From Octopus bimaculoides (taxonomy: Eukaryota), in NCBI RefSeq assembly GCF_001194135.2, contig NC_068994.1, forward strand, positions 34,723,515 to 34,773,267: a stretch of DNA of 49,753 nt. The letters are read 5' to 3'. The translations under genes were made by a program, and so were the position numbers. Numbering within the stretch: position 1 is the first letter of the stretch; each line of letters opens with the position of its first letter. Under the pieces are notes generated by a model. That model had not been told where the DNA came from, made no database searches, and worked only from the letters and a program-made list of their open reading frames with translations. Positions 22,565 through 33,864 of the stretch are shown in pieces.

Positions 22565-22855
22565 GAAAGTGGCTTCTACTATATCCCTGGGCCGACCAAA
22601 ACCTTGTGTGTGAATTTAGTTGATGAAGACTGTGTAGAAATCTGTTGTGTGTGTTTGTGTTTGTCCCCCTCACTGCCTCATAACCAGTATCGGTTTGTTT
22701 ATGTCCACATAATGTGACAATTCCCTGAAAGGGACCAATAGAATAAATACCAGACTGTAAAATAAATAAGCACTAGGGTCAATTTCTTTGGCTAAACCCT
22801 TTAAGGATAGCCACAGTCCAATGAGTGAAATGTGTAAAAGATAAATGATAAAGAT
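22565..22855 (+). mobile_element. family A SINE (headless)
   Basis: CTTCTACTATATCCCTGGGCCGACCAAAACCTTGTG...tail. Confidence 0.75.
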
Positions 22856-22861
22856 ATATAT

Positions 22862-22903
<42 letters not shown>

Positions 22904-23620
22904 GTATGTTTGTGTGTGCCTGCACATCTTGACATCATGTGACAGTTGTAAACCATTCAAGAGACATTATTCGTTTGCAGTCTTCATGACCTAACATATC
23001 TGGTCATGTGGAAAATATTACCATACNNNNNNNNNNNNNNNNNNNNNNNNNNNNNNNNNNNNNNNNNNNNNNNNNNNNNNNNNNNNNNNNNNNNNNNNNN
23101 NNNNNNNNNNNNNNNNNNNNNNNNNNNNNNNNNNNNNNNNNNNNNNNNNNNNNNNNNNNNNNNNNNNNNNNNNNNNNNNNNNNNNNNNNNNNNNNNNNNN
23201 NNNNNNNNNNNNNNNNNNNNNNNNNNNNNNNNNNNNNNNNNNNNNNNNNNNNNNNNNNNNNNNNNNNNNNNNNNNNNNNNNNNNNNNNNNNNNNNNNNNN
23301 NNNNNNNNNNNNNNNNNNNNNNNNNNNNNNNNNNNNNNNNNNNNNNNNNNNNNNNNNNNNNNNNNNNNNNNNNNNNNNNNNNNNNNNNNNNNNNNNNNNN
23401 NNNNNNNNNNNNNNNNNNNNNNNNNNNNNNNNNNNNNNNNNNNNNNNNNNNNNNNNNNNNNNNNNNNNNNNNNNNNNNNNNNNNNNNNNNNNNNNNNNNN
23501 NNNNNNNNNNNNNNNNNNNNNNNNNNNNNNNNNNNNNNNNNNNNNNNNNNNNNNNNNNNNNNNNNNNNNNNNNNNNNNNNNNNNNNNNNNNNNNNNNNNN
23601 NNNNNNNNNNNNNNNNNNNN

Positions 23621-23651
<31 letters not shown>

Positions 23652-24647
23652 TGTGTGTGTGTGTAGGCACATATATGTATGTAAGAATCTATGTACCAGC
23701 TAGTATGTATGTATACACCTTTATCATTAGCAGCAATAGTTATCATTTATGAGAATCAAAATTATATATTTCTTTAATGCAGAAACCAAGGTTCTTATGT
23801 ATGCAAGGCTGGCTCTGTGTGTGTATAAGTAAAGCCACATTTAACATAACATTAAAGCTGAAATGCTGCTTTGCTTGTGAGACGGTTGGCGCAATATTTC
23901 CTTTTTTTATTTTGTGCAAAAGACCTCACATTTCATGGCTCAATGGTTGATGTTTGAAAGAGCATCCAGTCGTGTAAAATAAAATAGATTCAGCAGTTGT
24001 AACAAAGCATGGAAAAGAGTAAAAACAAAACATCTAGACCTTTCTAGCTTGGAAAATAACATGTGTAAACAGTTATGAGTAATAACCACAAAATATTATA
24101 AAACATTCAGCCTACCTCGACATATTCTATTATATTTATTATAGAAGTACTTAGTGTGACATTTCTAGAAGAAGGATAAATGAAAGATTTAAATGTTGGG
24201 GGGTAAAGACAGAAAAAAGCACTCTATGTAGGTTTATTGGGTCAAAGCATGGGGAAAAAGTTTTATTCTGATTGAATACAAGTGCAATTGAAACCATATG
24301 ATTAAAAAGTTCACTCCATAACCATGAGATTTTGGGTTCAGTTTTACTGTGTGACATCTTGAGCAAATGATTTTTTTCATATAACCTCAGATTAATCTTC
24401 TGAGTGAAATTGCATACATAGAAACTGTACAGAAGTTTCAAGGTGGCGAGCTGGCAGAAACATTATCACGCTGGGCGAAATGTGTTGCAGTATTATAGAT
24501 TGACTAAATTTTACTTGTAAAGTTTTGGTCAACTCTTGACTATCTATAATAGCAGCTGCATGTGTAGTTGGGTGTCAGTGTATGCATGTGTGTTTGAGTA
24601 TGTGTGTGTGTGAGAGAGAGAGAGAGAAAGTGTGTGTGTGTGTGTGT

Positions 24648-24840
24648 ATCTTTTATCTTTTACTCGTTTCAGTCTTTGATCTGTGGCCATGGTGGAGAAC
24701 AGCCTTGAAGAGTTTAGTGGAACAAACCAGTCCCAGTACTTATTTCTTAAACCTATTCTGTCTTCTTTGCTGAATTATTAAGTCATGGGGAAGTAAATAA
24801 CTCAACACCAGTTGTCAAGAGATAGTGGGAGAAAGATACA
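24648..24840 (-). mobile_element. family A SINE tail half
   Basis: TCTTTTACTCGTTTCAGTC...GGCCATGGTGGAG. Confidence 0.7.
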
Positions 24841-25249
24841 AATGCACACATACACATAGATATATAGTCAACAGACAAGATCCAGAGATTCTAAGTATAG
24901 TAAACACTTAGTAGTGCTCAAAGGACTCAAACTTAGACTCCAATGTCTTTACAGGGGATCAATTCCACAGGGTAAAGAATGACTATAAGAGGAATCAAGT
25001 TGAGCAGATATGGAGGCAATCATGCTGATAAACAAATTAGATATACTAAATATAACAGTTTGGGTATGAAATACAAAATAAGCATATATGTATACATGCA
25101 AAACAAGAGAAAGCAAAAAGTGGGGGCTTTCAGATGATGAATATTTAAGTATAGATTTATAGATATTTATATTAATAGATCCAACATCTAATTTGTTTAT
25201 CCGCATAATTACCTACACATAGATATATGTAGACATACATATATTCAAT

Positions 25250-25400
25250 GGGCTTCAATACAGCTTCTGTCAAGCAAATCCACTCAAAAGGCTTTCGTGG
25301 GCCCAAGGCTATAGTAGAAGATACTTGCCCTAGGTGCTGTACAGTGAACTGAACCCAGAACTATGTAATCGTGAAGCAAATGTTTTGCCACATGGCTACA
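25250..25400 (-). mobile_element. family A SINE head/core
   Basis: GGCTATAGTAGAAGATACTTGCCCTAGGTGCTG...GAACTGAACCCAG. Confidence 0.75.
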
Positions 25401-25954
25401 TCTCTCAGCAAATATTTATTGACTGATCTCTGATGCCAATGCCATCTTATCTTATTCTATGTTCCATTTATCCATTCTTGTCGATGGACGATGCCACTTA
25501 GATTTGTTCTCATACAAATAGCATCTGATTTTCTGGATCTTCATACTAAATTAAGAAACTGGATTTTTTTAAAGTTTTTTTTTTCTTATTAGTTTGCTTC
25601 TTTAGATTCTGAACATTAAGTACTATAAGTGCATATATGTATGTGAGTGCTTGTGTGTGATTGTATGAGTGCATGTGTTTATATGTGTGCGCATCTGTGT
25701 GAGTATGGATATGCGAGTGCGCATGTGTGTGAGTCTGTGTCTTTTGTACAGCCATGAGTTTATGTGACTCACAAATCATCTGATTATAAGTCCCTCACCA
25801 CCCCCCTTTCCTTTCATTCTACTTGTAATGTCTGCTATATTCAATAAGCTCCTTTCTTTCTTCATAACTGATTTATGTAAAGCCTTTTTAAATCTTTATC
25901 CTTATAAATGTTTATCTAAATATTTTATTGCTAAAGAAAATTATGAAGAAACTG

Positions 25955-26021
<67 letters not shown>

Positions 26022-26145
26022 CTCCAGTGTTTCCATATTATCAATAGCAGTTCATAAATATGTTGCTTAGCTCTGGAATGAGAAGTGTTAAATAGCTGAG
26101 AGTGAGAGATAAATCTTCCACTGGATGAGAAGCTAGTCTACAATA

Positions 26146-26402
26146 GGTAATAAATATTCTTTAGAATCCTGTTCACCTAAGTGAACTGAGAAAGGGGGCA
26201 TAGAATATCCTGCTACCCCAAAACACAAAAGAAGATTCCTCAAGCGCATGTGATCATTTAATTTACTTAAAACATTGACATAAATAGATAAGGCATTGGA
26301 ATAAATGACATGGGAGAATTTACCACGGATACCTTTCTGCATGAAGAATGTATAGTTAAAGTGAGGTGGAGGGCTAACATATTTGCTAAAGCATCTATCC
26401 TG
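26146..26402 (+). repeat. copy 1 of a diverged ~255-bp direct repeat (possible LINE RT relic)
   Basis: collinear with 26911-27170 (GGTAATAAATATTCTTTAGA...CCTTTCTGCATGAAGAATG...TGCTAAAG). Confidence 0.75.
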
Positions 26403-26404
26403 AT

Positions 26405-26545
26405 TGATCGTCATCATCGTTGCTTTAACATCCATTTTTTCTATGCTCACTTGGGTCAGATGGAATTTGTTGAGGCAGATTTTCTACAGCCAAATGCTTT
26501 ACCTGTTAGCAATCCTCACCAGTTTCCAAGTAAGGATGTATTTCT
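26405..26545 (-). mobile_element. family D variant 3' fragment
   Basis: TCATCATCGTTGCTTTAACATCCATTTTTTCTATGC..., rc of the 47880-48010 type. Confidence 0.65.
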
Positions 26546-26560
26546 CCTTGATCAAAAAAA

Positions 26561-26743
26561 ATCCAAGAAAATGTGATGAGGCAGCTGCCCACTATCCCCA
26601 AAAAGGAGTTCCAGGAATGCTCCCATCAATGGAGACAAGGCTGGATAAATTATGCGGCTTTGGAAGGAGATTAAATGCCAAACTGATGTTTTGTAGCTTT
26701 CTTTTTATAGCACCAGTCTCAATACTTTTTGATCAAACCTCAC
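26561..26743 (+). mobile_element. mariner 3' end: transposase C-terminus plus right TIR
   Basis: IQENVMRQLPTIPKKEFQECSHQWRQGWINYAALEGD* resembles mariner ...FQ.CF.QW..RW..C....YFEGD*; TIR-like CCAGTCTCAATACTTTTTGATCAAACCTC (26713-26741). Confidence 0.7.
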
Positions 26744-26774
26744 ACACACATACACATACACATGCACAACACAC

Positions 26775-26905
26775 AACGGGCTTCTTTCAGATTTTTGGCT
26801 TCCATCTACCAAATCAACTCACAAGGTTTTGGTTGGCCTAGAGCTATAGTAGAAGACACTTGCTCAGAACCATGTAGTTGGGAAGCAAACTTCTTATTAC
26901 ATAAC
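26775..26905 (-). mobile_element. family A SINE head/core (deleted)
   Basis: GGGCTTCTTTCAG...GCTATAGTAGAAGACACTTGC..GGGAAGCAAAC. Confidence 0.7.
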
Positions 26906-26910
26906 CATTT

Positions 26911-27170
26911 GGTAATAAATATTCTTTAGAAACCTGCTCACTTATGTGAACTGAGAATAAAGCATAGAATATTTTGCTGCCTCAAGACACAACAGAAAAT
27001 TCCTCAAGTGATGTGTTCATTTAATTTACCAATAGCATTGAATATAAATGGTAAGGCAATGGAATGAATGACAAAGAAGAATTTTCTAGGTATGCCTTTC
27101 TGCATGAAGAATGATAGTTAAGGTTTGTTGGGGTGGTTAGCATACTTGCTAAAGTACCAATCTAGATTGG
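26911..27170 (+). repeat. copy 2 of the diverged direct repeat
   Basis: see 26146; one frame reads LNINGKAME*MTKKNFLGMPF, reminiscent of the RT YLG motif region. Confidence 0.75.
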
Positions 27171-27287
27171 AGGATCGGTAGAACCATTGAAGAAAGATAT
27201 CTTGTAGGGGTGGAATCCCTTTATGAAAATGGCAGATGTGTTTCAAAAAATCTTGTTGAACAACCTACACAGATGATTTGTTTATAA

Positions 27288-27560
27288 GAGGGGTTCTTAA
27301 CCATTGTTTATCTATGGACCCCTTTGATTACTATTTTATTCTGGTGGACCCCCATAGCCATTTGATGTTTAAAAGCTAGTTTTATAGGAACTTCTTTCAA
27401 AATACCTTTTTTTTTTACATCTTCACATTAAATTGTGTAGGTTGAACTATGTCAAACATTGGAGAAAGAAACCTACCTGTTTTTTGCAACACATACCAAT
27501 ACATACATTAAAAGCAAAATTTTTTCAGGGGCCCCTAATATACTATTGCGGATACCTAAT
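27288..27560 (+). mobile_element. hAT-like non-autonomous fragment
   Basis: GAGGGGTTCTTAACC TIR-like start; GGACCCC motifs; homologous to 21294. Confidence 0.55.
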
Positions 27561-27802
27561 TTACTGGTTTGTTGCATGTCAAGCTGTCCAACCCATGTCA
27601 GCACAGAAAACGGACATTAAATTGTTATGATGATAATGATTATATGGTTATATATATTTTTTTATATATTGGCTGAGTCAGTCTCTTGCTACTCTGAGTT
27701 TTGCCTGTTGGTGTGCAAGGTCTTCAGGCTAATTACAACTCCTATAGTATCTCTATGGTACCAAGTACTTTTCCTTCCAGTAATCAACACTGTATGTGTA
27801 TA

Positions 27803-27855
<53 letters not shown>

Positions 27856-27904
27856 ANNNNNNNNNNNNNNNNNNNNNNNNNNNNNNNNNNNNNCACACAC
27901 ACAC

Positions 27905-28249
27905 ACACAGCGTGATTGTTACCAGCATCACCTTACTGGCACTTGTGCTGGTGGCACGGGAAAAAAAACATTAGAGCAAAGTCGTTGCTAGTGCCGCTGG
28001 ACTGGGTCCTGTGCAAGTGACACATAAAAAACACCATTTGAGCATGGCCGCTGCCAGTACCGCTTGACTGGCCCTTGTGCTGGTGGCACATAAAAGCACC
28101 CACAACACTCTCGGAGTGGTTGGCATTAGGAAGGACATCCAGCTGTAGAAATTCTGCCAGGTCAGATTGGAGCCTGGTGCAGCCATCTGACTCGCCAGAC
28201 CTCAGTCAAACCGTCCAACCCATGCCAGCATGGAAAACGGACGCTAAAC

Positions 28250-28285
<36 letters not shown>

Positions 28286-28287
28286 AT
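27905..28287 (+). mobile_element. young family D element with three internal ~65-bp repeats and (GAT)n tail
   Basis: units at ~27942, ~28007, ~28072 (CTTGTGCTGGTGGCAC...AAAA); CpGs retained; canonical terminus. Confidence 0.85.
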
Positions 28288-28855
28288 ATATAAAATATGT
28301 TGTAGGAAGGTAAAAATCCTTTCATTTAATAAGCAACAAGAGTCATTTTCAGCCTAAGAAATTTTTACATCTCAAACTACACTGATTAACTCGTCTTTTG
28401 TTTTAGCTTTTTTTCCCCTCTATTTTTCTTCTTGTTTTAATCTCCAATCTAACATGCAGACCATCATCACTAGCCTACCAATTCTAGTGGCTATCCTTGT
28501 TTGCTGCCAACTCTAGTCACTCTGTTGTGATTGACTCAATCTCAACAACCAGTACTGATTAAGGTTGCCTAAGTAACAGAACTTACCTCCCACTTATATT
28601 GATCCATTAAAGCAAGCCTTCATTGTCACACATGAATTGGGTACTCTGGTTGGCTTCTAATAGTGGTTAATCTATTTTGTACAAATGTCAGTAGCTGTTG
28701 ATTATGAAACCTAGGTCAGTCCTGACATAGCTGACTGACAATATAAAAAGTAGTCTATCTGTAACCACTCTATCTTTTAATATATCCAGGACTACACTGT
28801 CCACTGTCCTATAGGTCTCTTTGTTTTCAACATGTTACAGATGTATGTATGTATG

Positions 28856-28923
<68 letters not shown>

Positions 28924-28929
<6 letters not shown>

Positions 28930-29300
28930 CATCATCATCATCATCATTTCCATGCTAGCATGGGTTGGACAGCTTGACAGGAACTGGCAAGGCCAGCAGC
29001 CACACCCAGTTCCATAGTCTGTTTTGGTTCGGTTTCTATGGCTGGATGCCCTTTCTAATGCTAACCACTTTAGAGTGTACTGGGTGCTTTTATGTGGCAC
29101 CTTATACACACACACACACACATGTGTGTGTGTGTGTATAAGTGATGAAGGGATTTGCATTAGAAAGGGCGTCCAGGCATAGAGATTAGGCCAAACAGGC
29201 ACTGGAACTCAGTCCTGTCCTCTGGTTCATCAGTTTTTGTCAGAACATCTAACACACACCAGTATGGAAAACACATGTGTGAAATGATGATGATGACAAT
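28924..29300. mobile_element. two family D elements in divergent orientation around a (CA)n(TG)n palindrome
   Basis: minus copy 28924-29100, plus copy ~29143-29300; centre CTTATA(CA)8(TG)7TATAAG at 29101-29142. Confidence 0.8.
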
Positions 29301-29579
29301 GAGAATCATTACACATATTTATATTATTTCCTTTTTATTTTGCAGCAAACTTTTATAAAGAACAGCATCAATATTGACAGGTTTCCTTCAAGTCAATCAG
29401 TTCTTTCCATTTGCAAAGCAACAGTGACAAGGAAATGTCTGGAATTCAATGTACAGCATTTCATTTGAAGAGCAACATATTTCACACTGTTGTTTATAGC
29501 TAACACCAATATATATCAGCAAAATGTGCCTATGTCTATGTCAATATGAAACTATACATATATATATATGTAAATAAAC

Positions 29580-29617
<38 letters not shown>

Positions 29618-29773
29618 ATATGTATCTATACACGCACTCATGCATACACACATACACATGCACATACACATAAAGATTGGATTTATGAACAATTTCTGTT
29701 AACTAAATTCACAATGTATAGCCTTTTAGCATTTAAATCAACCATATCTGTCCAAAATATTCTACCTATTCTA

Positions 29774-30650
29774 TTAGGTTGTTTCACATGAAATGTTGCA
29801 TTTTTAATTGCTTGTTAGTTCAGTCATTTAAAAACTGAATTATGTATACCTTGCATTTAATCTTGACTCTTTTTCTTTCACAACAATATTGGTATACAAA
29901 ATTCGTACCCACAGACCTTATGAAAATGATAACAACCAAACAATGTTAAGTGATTTTCTCGTATGAGTACAAACTGGGTCACTCTGCCGCAGAAGCTCTA
30001 CGGAATATCAAGCAGGACTTCGGTAATGGTTTTATTGACATCGGAAGTGTTCAGAGATGGTTCCAAAGCTCTCGTTCAGGTGATGATAGCCTTGAAAATA
30101 AACCAAGGGGCAGACCAAAATCAGTTATCCAGCATGATCGATTAAATGCTTTGGTTGAAAAAAACCCGAGAACAAAGGTTTGAAAACTTTCATCAGAACT
30201 CCAAACATCTCGCACAACTGTTTTTGGACACATGCAAAAAATTGGAAAAGTCAAGAAAACAAATAGATTTGTTCTACATCAACTGAACGAGATTCAAAAA
30301 CAGACACCTTGAAGTGTGTTCCTTATTGCTTTCTTGACAGGAAAAAGACCATTTTTGCATCAAATCATTGCTTGTGATGAGAAATGGATACTCATTGACA
30401 ATAGGTGAGTCACCTACACACTACCCAAACCCACCATTGCACCCTAAAAAAAGTAAATGGTTACTGTATGGTGATCTGTAAAGGGGGTTATTCATGATTT
30501 AGTTTCGCAACAAGGAAAAATGGTAACAGCAACATCATATTGCCAGGAAATCAATTATATACATGAGAATTTGTAAAAGAAGCAGCCCAGACTAGTGAAT
30601 AGAGATGGCCCAATTTTGATCCATGACGATGCATGTCCTCACACTCCTCA
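29774..30650 (+). mobile_element. Hsmar1-like mariner element, 3'-truncated: left TIR plus decayed transposase (29920-30642)
   Basis: TA|TTAGGTTGTTTCAC TIR start; MKM..VIFSYEYKLGHSAAEALRNI..GRPK..KIGKVKK..IIACDEKWIL..LHPKK..MVTVW..LVNRDGPILIHDDACPH with several stops and frameshifts. Confidence 0.9.
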
Positions 30651-30945
30651 AGCTCCTTGTGACTGTATTTGGTAGATGGAAACTAAAAGAAACTCATCAT
30701 ATATATATTTGTATGTATGTATATAAAATGTGTGTTTTTGTCTGTTTGTCCCCCACCCCCGTACTACCATTTAACCATCAGTGTTGGTGTATATCCATCT
30801 CTGTAACTTAGTGGTTCAGTGCAAGAGACCAATAGAATAAGTATCAGGTTTTAAAAAAAAAACAAGTAATGGGGTTGATTTGTTCGATTTAAATTCAAGG
30901 TGGTGTTCCATCATGAATTCAATGTAATGACACAAATAAAAGATG
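30650..30945 (+). mobile_element. family A SINE (headless) at the mariner truncation point
   Basis: CCTTGTGACTGTATTTGGTAGATGGAAACT...tail. Confidence 0.75.
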
Positions 30946-31404
30946 ATACACACACATGTACACACTCACATATGCATACAAATTTCCCTCATAGTACATC
31001 ATTCTTTATTAGAAAACAAAGGCACATTGGATAAAGTAGATTCAGGTGTAGTGTGCTGTGCCTAGTAAAATGGCAGAATGGTTACAGTTGGAACACCTTT
31101 GATTAAATGTCTACTGAATTAGTACTGACCTGGTGCTAAAAAAAACCCCACAAAACAGTAACATCACATATTTTGGATAACAAAACAACAATAACAACAT
31201 TAATAACAAACAACTTCTATTGCATTATAAGACTTACATTTATAATACCGTGCTCTTAACATAAGCACTTTTTTTCCAGTCTGTAGATTTGCAATGAAGA
31301 GATTAATCTATGTATCCATCAAAGATAAAGCACATAAGAAAATAGATATATATAAACTCAGACATTGATTCACAAATATTTACTCATGTCCATATTTGTA
31401 ATCA

Positions 31405-31720
31405 TCTATCTTTTACTTGCTTCAGTCATTGGACTGCAGTCATGGTGGGGGACCACTTTGAAGGATTTTAGTTGAACAGATCAAAAAAACAATACTCATT
31501 TTTTTTAAAGTCTCTTTTGCGGAAATGCTAAGTTACAAAGATGTAAATAAACCAACACTACAGTGGGTTAGAGGCAAAGCAAAACACAGATACTCATGAC
31601 ACATACTCATATTCATGACACACACACATACTCATGACAAGCTTCAGCACAGTTTCATTTACTGAATTCACTCACAAGGAAGTGGTCAGCCCAAGGCTTA
31701 CAGTAAGACTGAACCTATAA
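31405..31720 (-). mobile_element. family A SINE
   Basis: TCTTTTACTTGCTTCAGTCATTGGACTGCAGTCATG... Confidence 0.7.
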
Positions 31721-32219
31721 CCAAATGCATCACATATCTAACAAAAAGACTACTTGCTTACAACTATCAGGTGATGTCAACACAAGGACACACACACACA
31801 CACACACATGCATACATACATAGGAGCATTGGGATATATAACACACTGCCAAAGTATCAATCTTGAGAAATTAGGTTTCACACAACCAGAAAGGGCAAAG
31901 CTGATTTAAAATCTACAGATCCAAGCCATCACTGGAACCATACAAATTTGTAAAACTTTCCAGAAGTTTATCATTTAGGTATATATGTGCATGTCTAGAC
32001 ATGCAACTATATGCAAGAGAATACATATATAAAACAAAACATATACATCTGTACATGCATTGATTCCAAATACTGCACATATACACACATACATGGAAAA
32101 AAACTCTGCTGATGTTGAAATTCCAATGAAGAAGCCTTGGATCTAGGGTAGAAAGCAGCAGCTTCTCTATTGGAAAGAAATCTTCAAATAAAACTAAATA
32201 ATGACATACATACATACAT

Positions 32220-32385
32220 GATGGACTTCTTTCAGTTCCCATCTACCAATTCCACTAATAATGCTTTTGTCAGTTTGGTGATATAATAGAAGATACTTGT
32301 CTATGGTGTCATGCAGTAGGGCTGAACCCAAAACGTTATGGTTCGGAAGCAAACTTCTTATCCACACAGCAATGCCTGCACCTTT
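32220..32385 (-). mobile_element. family A SINE head/core
   Basis: TTCTTTCAGTTCCCATCTACCAA...GGGCTGAACCCAAA. Confidence 0.75.
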
Positions 32386-32696
32386 ATATATGCCATTTCT
32401 AGCTTGTTTAAGAGGTACCATAGATAGCTCGATGGAGCAGTGGGGAAGTTGGGGGTGGATCTTTAAATAAATCCTCATCATCTCCGACTGCATTTCTGCA
32501 AAAAATGCAATGTGGCAAGAGACTTTTAATAATCTATGCACTGCAATCTATTGTTTCTAGGTCCGAGCAAACAATCAATTGCTCCTCATGCCATTTTATC
32601 TTTTCGCTTGTCAGGAATTCTGAATCTCTGCCCTAAGATTTAGTTTGCTAAAGATAATTCCATCTGGCAGACTTTAACTTCCTCATCTTTTGCTAT

Positions 32697-32755
<59 letters not shown>

Positions 32756-32999
32756 CTCTATCTGTCTGTTGGTTTCACCTTCCCTCCCTCTCTTTCTCTC
32801 ACTTCTTCACTCTATCACTCTCTATCTCTTTATGTTTCATTATTTATATCTGTCTATTAATCTACTTGTCTCTCAATGATGATTTTATGCTCTTACACTT
32901 TCTATCCCATTCTCCACCACCACTATCTCAATCATTTTTATCTCATTTTATCTTTCAGTATATCACCATAATTATTTATCCTACATCTTCCTAACCCTC

Positions 33000-33290
33000 T
33001 CACATCCTCTCTTTCATATCTATCAATCTGTCTGTCTATCAACCTCACTATCTATCTACTTACGTATCTATCTATCCATCTGTCTATCTAGCTATCTAGC
33101 TAGCTAGCTATCTACATAACTATCTACCTGCCCGTTTATCTAATTATCTATCTGTGTCCTGCATATCTATTTGTCTATCTATCAACCTCACTATCTATCT
33201 ATCTATCTATCTTATCTATCTATCTATCTATTTACATAACTATCTACCTGCCTGCTTATCTAATTATCTATCTGTGTCCTGCATTATCTT
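33000..33290. repeat. (TCTA)n field containing a ~120-140 bp tandem duplication
   Basis: TATCAACCTCACTATC...TACATAACTATCTACCTGCC...TAATTATCTATCTGTGTCCTGCAT occurs twice. Confidence 0.85.
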
Positions 33291-33622
33291 TTTCTGTATG
33301 AGTAGATGTGTGTTTGTACATATGTGCATGCATGCATACACACACACACACACACACACACACAAGCATTCACAGACAGATTTCATTAAACTTTTTCTCT
33401 CTTGCAATCTCTTCAAACATTTACCTATATATACATTTTCCTTTATATGTGTGTATATGTGTAATACATACGAATGCATGTATGTTTGTGAGTGCATGTG
33501 TCTATATGTATTTCAATCAGTTCTGTTAATTGAATTATCATTATTTTTGTCTCAAACTCTTTCCTTGTGTATCTCATTCATTTACCTCTTTTTTGCCAAT
33601 CATTTCTGTCTGCCGCCCTCTT

Positions 33623-33660
<38 letters not shown>

Positions 33661-33825
33661 AGTAAATATATATATATATATATAGGTGTGTGTGCGTGTG
33701 TGTATGTACATACACATACACATATAAATCATCTCCCTCTCTCCCACCTCTGTCTGAGAATCTACATTTACCTTCTTCTTGCCAATCTCTGCCTGTTTCT
33801 CTCTCCCTGTCTGTGTATGTGTGTG

Positions 33826-33864
<39 letters not shown>

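Noticed and set aside
23783-23830. NQGSYVCKA, an Ig-like DxGxYxC motif after an acceptor
   Set aside because: The frame stops within a few codons and there is no canonical donor or other Ig strand.
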